From the NCBI GenBank assembly GCA_951406725.2, contig OX597818.1:682001-746000 (forward strand): a DNA stretch of 64,000 bases. Reading direction: 5' to 3'. The stretch is from Octopus vulgaris. Its lineage: Eukaryota. Within the stretch, counting starts at the first letter, position 1. Every line of letters starts with the position of its first letter. This document shows positions 1 through 12,452 of this stretch, piece after piece. The position numbers were made by a program, and so were the translations under genes. The notes beneath the pieces are model-generated. The model worked only from the letters and a program-made list of their open reading frames with translations. It did not search any database and was not told where the DNA came from.

Positions 1-904
1 CTCACTTTGGCACAAATTTGTAGGACCATAGTAAATTATAGTCAAGTGAATAAAATTGAGAGTATAACTAGTACTTAATGCAAAACAAGTCAACTTGAAA
101 AGTGTAACTGCAAAGCATTTAGTTCACCACTTCATTCCTCACTACCATCACTAATAATAACATCCTACAGAGACACAGGCCCTATTTATTTGATATTCAT
201 GGCTTACTCATTCACCCAAGAAAGGTGTCATTATAATTGAACAACTAGCAGTAGTCAGCTGAAAATAAATATTTCAATGTTGTTAGTTATTCAAGGCAAT
301 GCTGGGGTAAATAAACTGTATTTATATCCAGAAAAAGAAAATTCATCTCAAGAAACAGGAGTGGATATTTTAAGGTGGAAGGAAAAAAAGGAAGGAAAGA
401 TGGGTAGGCTATATCAGTTATCTCCGTTCATGTTTTGTCATGAAACTGCAAAGTAAAAGAAATGGAAACTGGAGAACAAAGAGGAGAGATTACAATCTTT
501 AATATTTAACTGTACCAAGTGAGACGCAGCCACACATCAGTAAAACTATGTATGGACAGGCCAGAGAGAAAGCATGCATAAATGCATGCACGCACACACA
601 CACACAATACAACTACAAACTGTTAAAAAAAGGTCAGACAGCTACTGTGTGTTTGTGTATGCTTGTGTTTATTACACACTCTCACTAGAATAAATACCAA
701 CCAGTTCTATGACTCCATACAAAAAAGTGCTTGGGACTGCAGAAATTCTGTTTCCATTTATATTTTCTTGTTTCTCACTTGATCTTCATCACAGGAAATA
801 CAATATTTTACAAATATTTTTCAAGTGACCAACTCACTCACTCTCTCACTTCCTATACATATATGCCTCCCGCCCACACACACATACATATGCAGGCAAG
901 GATG

Positions 905-1310
905 TATACAGGCATGTCTGTGTGGTTCAAAGTTTGCTTCCCAATAACATGGCTTTAGGTTCAGACTCACTGTATGGCACTTTGGGCAAGTGCCTTCTAC
1001 TTTAGCCCTGGGCTGGCCCAAAACTCCTTGTGAGTGGATTTGGTAGACAGAAAATGAAAGATGCCCGTTGTATATGTGCATGTGTACACACATGCACATA
1101 TGCACCAAGCATCTATGACTTGTAAATGACAGTCACCATCATACAAACAATGACATTTATTTCCCATCTTCTGCAAAAACATGTTTAGCAATGAGGAAAT
1201 ATTACCATGCTTAGAAACAAGTGAGAATTGGTAACAGGTGGGGCATCTGGCTCTAGAAAACCTGCTGCAACAATTTCCATCTGATCCAATCAAGTATAGA
1301 AGAGTGGACT
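905..1310 (+). mobile_element. Degenerate tRNA-derived SINE (head family A) with RTE-type 3' tail
   Basis: Head 'ggcatgtctgtgtggtt...gttcagactcac...ttgggcaagtg...gtgagtggatttggtagacag' recurs at 27650-27795(-), 30770-30920(+) and 33070-33127(-). The 3' part resembles the RTE 3' end at 53215-53378. Confidence 0.7.
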
Positions 1311-1795
1311 TCTATGCTTGATTGGATGACATGCACACACATACATAAACAAAAACACATACATACATATACACACAAACATATGCATACATACATTTCA
1401 ACCCAAACACATACATACCCACACATATGCTTTTGATTGTATATTTATAAACTTAGTGTAAACTAACGGAGCAGTTAAGAAGCATTACATGCTCCTCCTA
1501 GAGATGTAGCATCTTGGATTAAACATTAAGTTTTTTTTTTTTTAGTGATTTGTCATGTCATTTGGTACGGTGCAGAGCAAGGACAACAAATTAGGGACAG
1601 TTATAAAAGAGTGACTACCTGACTACTTCAACACTTTAGTTACTAATTAAAGAGACAAGAGAACAACTCACTGAAACCAAGCATGGTTCTGGAATTATAA
1701 GGAATTTATAATATTTAGGTTTGTATGGAATAACTGAGTCTTTTTCAGTTCTATTTCATAAACAATAGTTGTAGCTCTGAAACTTTTTAGTAATT

Positions 1796-2051
1796 GCAGC
1801 ATGGATGACATACATCAGCCATTCAAAAGTACAAAAAAGAAAAACTAAACTTCATTTAATCATTTACTGTTCCATGTCAAAATTTTCATCACACTATTTG
1901 CGACCTGATCACTGACACAGTTCCACTGCAGCTGACCAGCTTACAGTTAGTTCCACAAAAATTTTGACATGAAATAATAAAGGATTAAGTGAAGTTAATG
2001 GTTTTTATGAGTTCTTGAATGGCTAAAAAAAATGTTTGTCTTCCATGCTGC
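1796..2051. mobile_element. Short Penelope-like remnant: two inverted pseudo-LTR halves
   Basis: Imperfect inverted arms (gcagcatgga/tccatgctgc, agccattcaa/ttgaatggct, catgtcaaaatttt/aaaattttgacatg). Homologous to 10708-10862 and contains a hammerhead-like motif. Confidence 0.6.
1874..1918 (-). ncRNA. Minimal type I hammerhead ribozyme motif, G3-C8 core variant
   Basis: Minus strand reads gugUCA-GUGAUCA-g-gucgca-aauag-ugugau-GAAA-au-UU-UGAcau: stem I, core, stem II, GAAA, short palindromic stem III, UH. Confidence 0.6.
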
Positions 2052-2749
2052 TACTGGTCTCTGATCAAATCACTTGCCAAACAAAGACATTTCTGAAAAC
2101 TTTTAATTCTCCTTAAACATTTCACTGAGAATGTTAGAATAGATTTGGCTTAGACTTGTATGAATTAGGAAATATTCTAGCTTGGCATGTGTTTGTGGGT
2201 GCACATAACAAAATGTTTAAGTGGATACATAGCACAAAAATAACACACACAACAAAGTTAATATTATGTAGCAGTGCCACTATCAAGTAGTTTAGCAATA
2301 TTGAAAATAAATCCAAGAGCAGATTCACCCTGTTTGACATTTTAGAATTTTTTCCTTCCATTTTTAAAGGTTCCTAAAAACAGTGCAATAACTGTTGTTG
2401 ATATCAAAATTATGTTGAATGCAAGCGATTTTTTTTTCACAACAACCCCTTCCAGGTTAAAAAACATGGAAATGAAATTTCTGATGCATCTATGGGTAAC
2501 TATGATAGAGCAGAGGTTTTGGGTTGATCAGATTATGCATAATACACATACTGAATAACAGAATAAGATCCATGAGCACAGAAAATTACACAGACAATGG
2601 ACTTGTCATGTCTCATTACTTGAACATGCACAACATGGACAAATGTTGAAAGACAATGAAATATAAACCTATAGATAATTGAAAGACGTTGAAATACAAA
2701 CCTATAGATAATTTCTTACAAGTAACACTACAAGTAAACACAATGAATT

Positions 2750-5700
2750 ATCATCATCATCGTTTAGCATCCGCTTTCCATGCTAGCATGGGTTGGATGG
2801 TTCAACTGGGGTCTGGGAAGCCAGAAGGCTGCACCAGGCCCAGTCTGATCTGGCAATATTTCTACCATTGGATGCCCTTCCTAACGCCAACCACTGTAGT
2901 GGGTGTAGTGGGTGCTTTTACGTGCCACCGGCACAGGTGCCAGATGACGCTGGCAAACGGCCATGATCGGATGGTGCATTTTACGTGCCACCAGCATGAG
3001 GCCAGTCAGCTGGCAACGGCCAAATTCAGATGGTTTTCTTATGTACCACCGGCACTGGTATCACAGCTGCAATTTCCATTGATGTTGATCGATTTCGATT
3101 TTGATTTTCATTTTCACTTGCCTCAACAGGTCTTCACAAGTAGAGTTTTGTGTCATAAGAAGGAAAGGTATGCATAAGTGGACTGGCTACATCCCAGGTA
3201 GAGGCCACGGGTTATGGTCTCACTTTTCCTGCCGGGTCTTCTCACGCACAGCATACTTCCATAGGTCTCGGTCTCTGGTCATTTCCTCGGTGAGACCTAA
3301 AGTTCAAAGGTCGTGCTTCACCACCTCGTCCCAGGTTTTCCTGGGTCTGCCTCTTCCACAGGTTCCCTCAACTGCAAGGGTGTGGCACTTTTTCACACAA
3401 TTATCTTCATCCATTCTCGCCACATGACCATACCAGCGCAAACGTCTCTCTTGCATACCACAACTGATGCTTCTTAGGTCCAACTTTTCTCTCAAGGTAC
3501 TTACACTCTGTCGAGTACGAACACTGACATTACACATCCATCGGAGCATACTGGCTTCATTTCTTGTGAGCTAACACATATCCTCAGCAGTCACGGCCCA
3601 TGTTTCACTGCCATGTAGCATGGCTGTTCGTACACATGCGTCATACAGTCTGCCTTTTACTCTGAGGTAAGAGCTCTCTGAACTTTGCCCAAGCTATTCT
3701 TACTCTAGCAGTTACACTTTCAGCACACTCACACCCCCTACTGACTTGGTCACCTAGGTAACGGAAGCTATCAACTATTTCTAGTTTTTCTCCATGGAAT
3801 GTGGCGGAAGTTGGTCTCAGAGCATTTTCAGTGTTTATTGCTCCTGAGCATCTGCCACATACAAAAACTATCTTCCTAGTTAGCCTTCCTTTGACATTGC
3901 TGCACCTCTTATGTGTCCATAGCTTACACTTGGTGTATCTTATAGAGTTTCTACCTACACCTTTTCTACAGATCGAGCAGGGCCATCTACCTGAAGACGT
4001 TTGTGATTTGTCTACCTTCATACTTATTAGGACTTTGGTTTTAGCTAAGTTGATTCTAATGCCCTTCGATTCTAATCCTTGCTTCCACACCTGAAACTTC
4101 TCCTCCAGTTCTGATAGTGACTCAGCAATTAGAGCAAGGTCATCAGCATAGAGGAGCTCCCAGGGGCATCCCGTCTTGAATTTCTCTGTTATTGCCTGGA
4201 GGACTGAACCTTGGTGGACCCCTACCTCTACCCGGACTTCTTCACTGTACTCATTGCCAACCCTCACCTTACTAGCAGCGTCCCTGTACATGGCTCGCAC
4301 GGCTCTCACTAACCATTCATCTATCCCTAGTTTTCTCATTGACCACCAGATAAGGGATCGGGGGATCCTGTCAAAGGCTTTCTCCATGTCAACGAAAGCC
4401 AGGTACAGGGGCTTATCTTTGGCTAGGTATTTCTCTTGCAGCTGCCTTACCAGGAATATAGCATCAGTGGTACTCTTCTCTGGCATGAACCCCAACTGCA
4501 TCTCATCTAAACTAACACTCTCTCTAATTAGTTGGGCTATGACCCTCTCCGTAACTTTCAATACCCGATCCAACAGCTTGATACCTCTGTAATTATTTGT
4601 ATCTAGGGCGTCACCTTTACCTTTGTAGCAGTCATTGGGTATAACTCCTTCGTGTATCACCTGATTAACTATACGGGTGACTAGGCTATAGCCGACACTA
4701 TCAGATATTTTGAGTATCTCTGCAGTGATTCCTGTCTTCATGCTTCTAATTGCCTTAACTACCAAGGAACTGTGAACTCGGATAGCTGGTCCCTCTGTTG
4801 GGTCGACATTCGGCAGACTCTCTTTATCCCATTCATTTTCCTTATTCAGCAACCTTTCATAGTGGAGTTTCCAAGCCTCTCTCTTTGCATCCTCATTTAG
4901 TGCAAGTGAACCATCATCCATGCGAACACATTTCTCTCCTACCACATCACGATTCTCTCTCACGCACTGTCTTGCAACATGAAACACCTCAAGTCTTTGG
5001 TCCTCAAGGTGCAGAACATTAGCAAATTTTTTCTTATCTGCTTCCCCTCTGGCTAAATAGACCTGTCTCCCAGCTTCCCTTTTGGCAGTCTGATACAATT
5101 CCCTGCTACCACCATTCTTCCAGTCCTTCCAAGCCTGTCTCTTTTCTCTAATAGCCCTGTCAACAACAGTGTTCTACCACCACGTTATTTTGGGTCGAGA
5201 GGGGACTTTGCACCAGCCACAGATCTGGTCAGTGGCTCTCAGCAGGTTGTCCCTTAGAAACCTCCAGTTGTCTTCTACCCCATGTGAAGCTATATCCCCT
5301 TCTATTTCGTCAAAGGCTTCAAGTAATATGTCCCTAAGTCTCTGTCCATTCGCAGGATCTTTAAGTTTCCAGATCCTTCTTCTCCATGTTGTTCGTCTTC
5401 TGGTCGTCCTCTTAGTCCTGATCCTAAGGTCACTAACAACCAGTCTATGTTGTGGGGTACATTCTTCGCCTGGGAAGGTTTTTAGCATTTATAAGCAACC
5501 ATCTTTCCCTTTTCCTGGCAAGGATGTAGTCAATTTGGCTGGTATGTCAGCCCGATCGGTAGGTGACTAGGTGGCTGGTAGGTTTCCTGAAGTTAGTGTT
5601 GCAAACCATAAGATCATTCGCATCGCAGAACTCCAGCAGCCTGGTTCCCTCCCCGTTGTGGGAACCATGACCATAGCTTCCATGTACACCATGGAAGCCC

Positions 5701-5912
5701 TCAGCATGTTATCCAACATGCCCATTGAAGTCACCAGCCACAAAGAGAAGGTCTCTGTCGTTGGTCAACGAGGTAGTCTGCAGTAGGGTGTCATAGAATT
5801 GGTCTTTCTGTCCATCGGGTAGCCCTGGCGGAGGGGCATAGGCCGATATAATGATGAAGCACTAATCTAATCTTAAGTATTCTGTCACTTACTCTGATTA
5901 CCTCAATTACCT
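2750..5912 (-). mobile_element. RTE-clade LINE, 5'-truncated and degraded
   Basis: (ATG)n tail at 2750. RT ORF with DMEKAFD and LLYADD. APE endonuclease remnants (SAYAP, AGDFNGHVG, QHRLVV) at about 5450-5860. C-terminal RRLRWYGHVARM...GRGRPRKTW is typical of RTE. Confidence 0.92.
3641..5098 (-). pseudogene. RTE reverse transcriptase with embedded PHD-like Cys/His finger (disrupted ORF)
   Basis: NYRGIKLL, STTDAIF, FVDMEKAFD, GVHQGSVL, YADD, FRYLG. Internal deletions, and a frameshift before the C-terminal piece at 3304-3549. Confidence 0.9.
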
Positions 5913-6940
5913 TATATATATATATAAATATATATATATAAATAAGAGTTCCAGCTACACATACACACCATCATACAGAATATTATAGACAATATTAGCA
6001 GACACTATCACTGAACAGAGAAATATTTAACAATATTGCTCCACACTACAATTTTAACATCAAACTGAAATACAATGCAACTCACAACAAATACTATCTA
6101 ACATAATAGAAAAATCATCAGGTTTAACCTACCTCATTGTGTAAATGTATATATAGAAATTGCTAGAGCTTTCTTTCCACTGATCAGTGAGCACTTCTTT
6201 GCTTCATACAGATATCACAAAACTTCAACAGAAATTCTTTTAAAGCCAGTTGTAGTTGCATGGGTAACACAAAATTACAAATGTCTAACCATAATTTATA
6301 AACACCATACTAACAACCTAACCTGATTGCGACGACAACACACAAAGTGATGCCCTTTATATGGAAAATACCTGATAGAAAAATAATAAACAAAGCAGAT
6401 GTAGGATTGGTATACTAAACAGTAAAAATGTATACCAGTCTGACCAAGAATACCTGTAAAATATGTCACATACTTTTCAAAATACAGTTGTTTCCTAAAC
6501 AGCAGGAGAAAAGAAACAGCTTCTTGATAAAATGCTTTATTGCTGCAAAGATAAAAGTATAGACATGCCAGTATAACCACTGTCAATAATATGCAACTGA
6601 AAAACTTAAGGTTCTTATGCTACTTGGTCATATCTTAATCAGGAGAGAAGAAATTGTATTGAAATACCTCTACACAAAAAAAAAAAAAACCTCAAGCTCC
6701 CAGTTTCACCTGAAGGCTTATTAAACCTTTATCTCTTCTCCCATTATTGAGTCACCCCTCAGTAAATGTTCCCTTTATTACTCTTAAACTAGCTTTACAA
6801 TAATAACTTCATGTTAATATTCACATATATATATACATATATTAATGTTTGGTTTCATGTTATAATAAAAACAATTTTACATTGAACTGAAGGATCACTC
6901 AATAATTTTGGTAGAGTACAAATTTGCTACTGTCTAACAA

Positions 6941-7056
6941 GAATAGTATTGACAGTGACTTTGAAGTTCAGGCCAATCAATCCATCAATTAAACCATCGT
7001 CAGACGGTCCAGCAATGGGTTAGCTGGGCAAAACTTCAAAGTCAATATCAATACTA

Positions 7057-7059
<3 letters not shown>
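6941..7059. repeat. Inverted repeat, probable PLE pseudo-LTR relic next to (TA)n(TG)n
   Basis: gaatagtattga...gactttgaagtt pairs with aacttcaaagtc...tcaatactattc. Minus strand has CTGACGA...GAAC-ttcaaag-TC, a degenerate hammerhead-like motif. Confidence 0.5.
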
Positions 7060-7129
<70 letters not shown>

Positions 7130-7135
7130 GTGTGT

Positions 7136-7246
7136 GGCCTGCTCGCTTAGCCAGCAGGGTGGCGTCATTTGAAGGCTAAAACAATGCGAACGCATTGTGA
7201 CCAGCGGTGTGTAACAACATCTGATGGTCTGGTCGGTCTCGTGATA
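7136..7246 (+). mobile_element. SINE 3' fragment (family B tail)
   Basis: 'ggcctgctcgcttagccagc...gtgtaacaacatctgatgg' matches 25836-25900 and the reverse complement of 55450-55530. Confidence 0.65.
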
Positions 7247-8358
7247 TGTATGTGTATATTATCAACCACACATACTTAATGTATATGCTTTGTATGTTTG
7301 CCCTCAAAGCACCAGGTGTTAAAACACCTAAAAGTCATGGACAAGTGAGACAACTTGCCCCTAATCCCATTCAAGAGTGATGGACACCTATGTTTCACCA
7401 TTTTTGTAGCTTATCAACATTACATACCCAAACTGAATCGGAGGTGAATAATACCACCAGTCCACGACTTATATGCATATAGTGTAAAAACAATGTGCTG
7501 GTATGCCCCGACAATGCATATCCAAAAATAAATTCAGATATGAAATAGAAGCAGCACGAATGTAATAAACATTATCGACCACACATACATAACACATATG
7601 CCCTGTATGCTTACTGGTGATTTGATGTAGTGAATATAGTTTATGTGTATGTGTGTAAGAGAGAGAAAGAAAGGGAGAAAGAGAGTGAGAGAGTGTGTGT
7701 GTGCGCGCGCGCATACCAGTTGTAGACTAAAGTTAATTTAAATGTGTGAACCATAGCCATTACTTTTTGACTTTCTGAAAATGTTCATGTCCTCAGTTAA
7801 CTGTCAGGTGAACAATACTGACAGCCATCTAAGGATGGCTAAGTTAACAGAAACTCAAGAGCCATCCAGATACACAAACAAAATTATTTTCAAAAAGTCA
7901 ATAAAAGTAGAGAGATACAAACTAATTAAATTACCATATGAAATAGCAGTCACCTGCAATTACAGTTAAAAATTAAGTGGAAAATTTTCAAACTCTGCCT
8001 CTCCTCAACAAACAAAGTGTGTGAAAGCTTTGTTGAAGATGACGCAATAGTCAATTCTAACAGTTTAACCGTAATGGACAGCTGTTTCTTTTCAAGGTGG
8101 AATTACTACTACTATTATTATTATTATGAATTATGTGAAAGGTGAGCTACAGCTGGTTGCATGTGAAAAAATTTCTCCAATACAAAGTTAATGTTTTATA
8201 ACCTGTCATTGTTACTAGTGCTGCATGCACAGCTAAGACATTACATACACAATACTGAATTAGTGTGTGTGTGTGTGTGTGTGTGTGCAATCATTCAGTC
8301 TCATTCCATTCAGAATTAATGCACCTAGGTGTGCATTATCCAATATATCGATTGGCTT

Positions 8359-8583
8359 TTAAGCCTTTTGTTACCATGTTTCTGTTAATATACACTGCCG
8401 TTTTTCAGTTAATTTTGAAAATAATGAAGAATTTAATAAAATAACTTTGATATTATTAAAATGGTGGTGAAATGAATTAACATGAAAATTTGATGAAAGG
8501 CTTCTATTTAAAACATTCTAAACAGGAAGTTTGTATCAAAGAATGAGGGATGATCTTGGGTGGGTTGATATTGAAAGGTTTAA
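8359..8583. mobile_element. Old piggyBac-type MITE relic
   Basis: Ends ttaagccttttgttac / gatattgaaaggtttaa resemble the TTAA-CCCTTTCGTTAC termini of the younger copies. Confidence 0.45.
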
Positions 8584-9742
8584 GATAAAAGGGTGGTTTG
8601 ACTGCTATTTCCAGTGAACAACCACAAAGAGGTTCCTTACTTGCTAGAAATTGTTTCATCAGGACACAGTACTTATATCTAAATCATGCCAAAATCAATC
8701 TTCATCATCATTTTAACATCTACTTTTCCATGTTTGAAAGTTCAGACAAACCCACTTTAAACAGATTTTCAATGAATGGATGCTCTTTCCATCACCAACT
8801 CTCACTTGTTTCCAAACAAGGCAAAATTCTCTCATAGTCTGGGCATATTTTTATAACAGATTTCAATAAATGCCACCAACTGTATGATGCTGACATTTGT
8901 TTACAATTAGCATGTGATGCCAAGACAAAGACACACAGGCATGCAAACATAAATATATGCACACATACATACTCATACTTAAATGGCTATGCATACACAC
9001 ACACATTCATATGACATGCCTCTATTTCAGTTTCTGTCTGCTAAATTCACTCAAAAGATATTGGTCAGACTGAGGCTCTAGTACAAGACACTTACCCAAG
9101 GTGCCACAGAGTCGCATAGCTATACCTGCAGATATCGTTTATAGATAATCCTCTGGCTTTGTTTATCCCAGTGGTACAAGCTAAATGAAATATAAATGAA
9201 GTCACACCACTGATACTGAGTTTGAAACACAGTTTTCTGACTAACCCATAGGTGCTTTAAGGACATGAAACCAATAAAAGCAAAACTTCATTAAAAAAAA
9301 TTACACCTTCTTTTCTCAGCATAAACTGGCTTGGTCAGAAACTTCAGATATTATTAGAACAAGTTTATATTTGATGTCATTCCTAATTATCATGTACCCG
9401 AATAGAAATTACACCTGTTTGTGGTTGTATTGGGTGTGGTTACAAAAATATCTTATCAAATATTGACATACAATATGAACAATCTTATTGAAAATACTTT
9501 TAATTTGATTTTCTAAACTTTTTATTTTTTGCCACATTATTTTTTGTCATGTTATTCACAAACAGTGATATGAATTAAAGGAAAGTCTCTAGGTGGCAAC
9601 TCGACCACATCTTCCACATAGCATCCACATCTTCCTCACATTGCAGCCTATTATCTTAAAAACAGATGCATTGGATAACATAATATTGCATACATGATAT
9701 AGTAAAAGAAATATGATTTTTCGCAGCTAGAATGCTGGAAAA

Positions 9743-9972
9743 GGCGGCAAGCTGGCAGAAACATTAGCACGCTGGGCGAAATGCTGAGTGGTATTTCGTC
9801 TGCCGCTACATTCTGAGTTAAAATTCCGCTGAGGTTGACTTTGCCTTTCATCCTTTTGGGCTCGATAAATTAAGTACCAGTTACGCACTGGGGTCGATGC
9901 AATTGACTTAATCCCTTTGTCTGTCCTTGTTTGTCCCCTCTATGTTTAGCCCCTTGTGGGCAATAAAGAAAT
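9743..9972 (+). mobile_element. tRNA-derived SINE with Meta-like central domain and 15-bp TSD
   Basis: TSD tagaatgctggaaaa at 9728-9742 and 9973-9987. Central 'gactttgcctttcatccttttgggctcgataaattaagtaccag'. Confidence 0.8.
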
Positions 9973-10707
9973 TAGAATGCTGGAAAAAGTCAGGTTTTGA
10001 AAAACAAAACATGATTTTCTTGATGTTTATTATTAATCCACTATATATCCACATTAAACATTTAAAAGCACATGTACCCATCATCATATTTAATGTCTAT
10101 GTTCCATGCTGGCATAAGTTTGATAGGATTTGGTGGTCCTAAGAACTGCATCATGCTCCAATGTCTATTTTGACAAAGTTTCCATAGCTAGATGCCCTAC
10201 ATAAAACCAAACATTTTACATAGAGTACTTGGTGTTTTTGCCTCTTCTTTTGGCACTAGTGCTAGTGAGGTTACCATGCAACTTTCAAGATTAAAATATT
10301 CTTCAATTGAGTGGGCTACAATAGAGAGGGAGGTAGCTTGGGTAAAAAAAAAATTTGAAAAAGGACAAGAACAGTACAGATTTCTTACTCTAGGATGGCA
10401 CATTACCTACTATTTTACTTATACTGAAATCACTAATAATGGTAAGAAATACAAATATTCATTTTACACTGCTATAAGTAGCTCTGAATGTTCAGTATTG
10501 TTCAGTGACATTATTTGATCTTTCCATTATAAACTGTCTCAGCTTCATTATTTTACTCCATTCTTCTCCCTTTCTGTGAGTGACACAATACAATTTTAAT
10601 GAAAAAACAATTATCAATAATCATCTTTCCTTCATCTTAAAGTGTTTGAGTTTTATATAAATAACTGTGTAACACTTAGCAGTGAAGTGGGACAACATCC
10701 TGAAACA

Positions 10708-10862
10708 GGAGTATGCAGCAGCGTGGAAGGTGTTTATAAGCCATTTAAGAAACACACAAAAACCGTTAGATTCACTCCAACATTTAAATTTAATTTGCCA
10801 AAATATTTTTGTCGCTTTGAGACCGCGACCTGTTCACTGACAAAATTCCATGCTGCATCTCC
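10708..10862 (-). mobile_element. Short PLE pseudo-LTR remnant with G3-C8 hammerhead motif (10794-10844)
   Basis: Minus strand: uuuguca-GUGAACA-g-gucgc-ggucucaaa-gcgac-AAAA-auau-UU-uggcaaa. G12 is A in this copy. Same family as 1796-2051. Confidence 0.6.
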
Positions 10863-11337
10863 GTAATTCCTAAAATGTTAAAAATATACTGAAAATAAAT
10901 ATATTGCTTCAAATTATTATTTAGTTAGCAAGAAACAAACAGAGAGAGGTAGAGATCCATTTAGATAATCACAACGGACCACAAGAAAAAATAGAATTTA
11001 GTGTTAAAAACTGTATTATATAATTAAAGTCCTTCATATTCTTACAACATGGCCTTGTTGCATCACTAAAACACACATTCACTAAATGTCATTATGTATT
11101 CATCACAGATGTTTTTTTTTTTATGAAGCTTAGCAAATACAGGCTTTACTAAAACATTATGACAATGTTGGCAGAATATGCAGGGCCATCACTAAGCCCT
11201 TGCAACCCCTGCAGTCACGGGGGGGGGGGCCTCTGTAGATGAGGGGCCCCATGTTAAGATCAAAGTTCATATATGAGTCATCTATTTACTTTGGTTAAGA
11301 TGTTAACTGAAAATTTCAAGCCAGACAAGGAGGGTGT

Positions 11338-12452
11338 ATCATCATCATCATCGTTTAGCATCCACTTTCCATGCTAGCATGGGTTAGACAATTTGACTGA
11401 GGACTGGCGAACCAGATGGCTGCACCAGGCTCCAATCTGATCTGGCAGAGTTTCTACAACTGGATGCCCTTCCTAATACCAACCACTCCAAGAGTGTAGT
11501 GGGTGCTTTTACGTGCCACCAGCATGAGGGCCAGTTAGGCGGTACTGGCAGTGGCCATGCTCAAGTGGTGTTTTTTACGTGCCACCTGCACAGGAGCCAG
11601 TCCATGCAGCACTGGCAACGACCTCGCTTGAATGTTTTTCACATGCCACTAGCACAAGTGCCAGTAAGACAACATTGGTTACGATCACGTTTGAATGGTG
11701 CTTTTTATGTGCCACCGGCACGGAAGCCAGTCAGCTGCTCTGGCAGCGATCATGCTCGGATGGTACTCTTAGCACTCCACTGGCACGGGTGCCAGTCATC
11801 AAATTTGCAAATTTGATTTGATTTTGATTTCACTTGCCTCAACAGGTCTTCGCAAGCAGAGTTTAGTGTCCAATGAGAGAAAGGTATGCATAAGTGGGCT
11901 GGTTACACCCTTGGCATAGGTCACTGGTTATGGTCTCACTTGGCTTGCCGGGTCTTCTCATGCACTGCATGTTTCCAAAGGTCTCGGTCACTAGTTATTG
12001 CCTCGGTGAGGCCTAATGTTCGAAGGTTGTGCTTCACCACCTCATACCAGGTCTTCCTGTGTCTACATCTTCCACAGGTTCCCTCAACCGCTAGGGTGTG
12101 ACATTTTTTCACACAGCTATCCTCATCCATTCTCGCCACATGACCATACCAGCACAGTCGTCTCTCTTGCACACCACATCTGATGCTTCTTAGGTCCAAC
12201 TTTTCTCTCAAGGTACTTACACTCTGTCGAGTATGCACACTGACATTACACATCCATCAGAGCATACTGGCTTCATTTCTTGTGAGCTAAGGCATATCCT
12301 CAGCAGTCACGGCTCATGTTTCACTGCCATGTAGCATGGTTGTTCGTACACATGTGTCATACAGTCTACCTTTTACTCTGAGCGAGGGTCCCTTTGTTAC
12401 CAGCAGAGGTAAGAGCTCTCTGAACTTTGCCCAGGCTATTCTTATTCTAGCA
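11338..12452 (-). mobile_element. RTE LINE 3' fragment nested inside the hAT element
   Basis: (CAT)n tail at 11338. ORF 11936-12253 has RRLCWYGHVARM. Close match to 2750-3710. Confidence 0.9.

Noticed and set aside
208-258. Possible minus-strand 51-nt exon with AG/GT sites
   Set aside because: Stop codons in all three frames and no homology evidence.
6323-6371. Possible minus-strand micro-exon (IFHIKGITLCVVVAIR)
   Set aside because: Weak donor site, no recognisable protein, cannot be supported without RNA-seq.
8077-8088. GAAACAGCTGTC hammerhead half on the minus strand
   Set aside because: No matching core box or stem II could be found upstream.
11499-11790. Repeat-spacer pattern resembling a CRISPR array
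   Set aside because: Eukaryotic LINE 3'UTR with degenerate repeats, related spacers and no cas genes.
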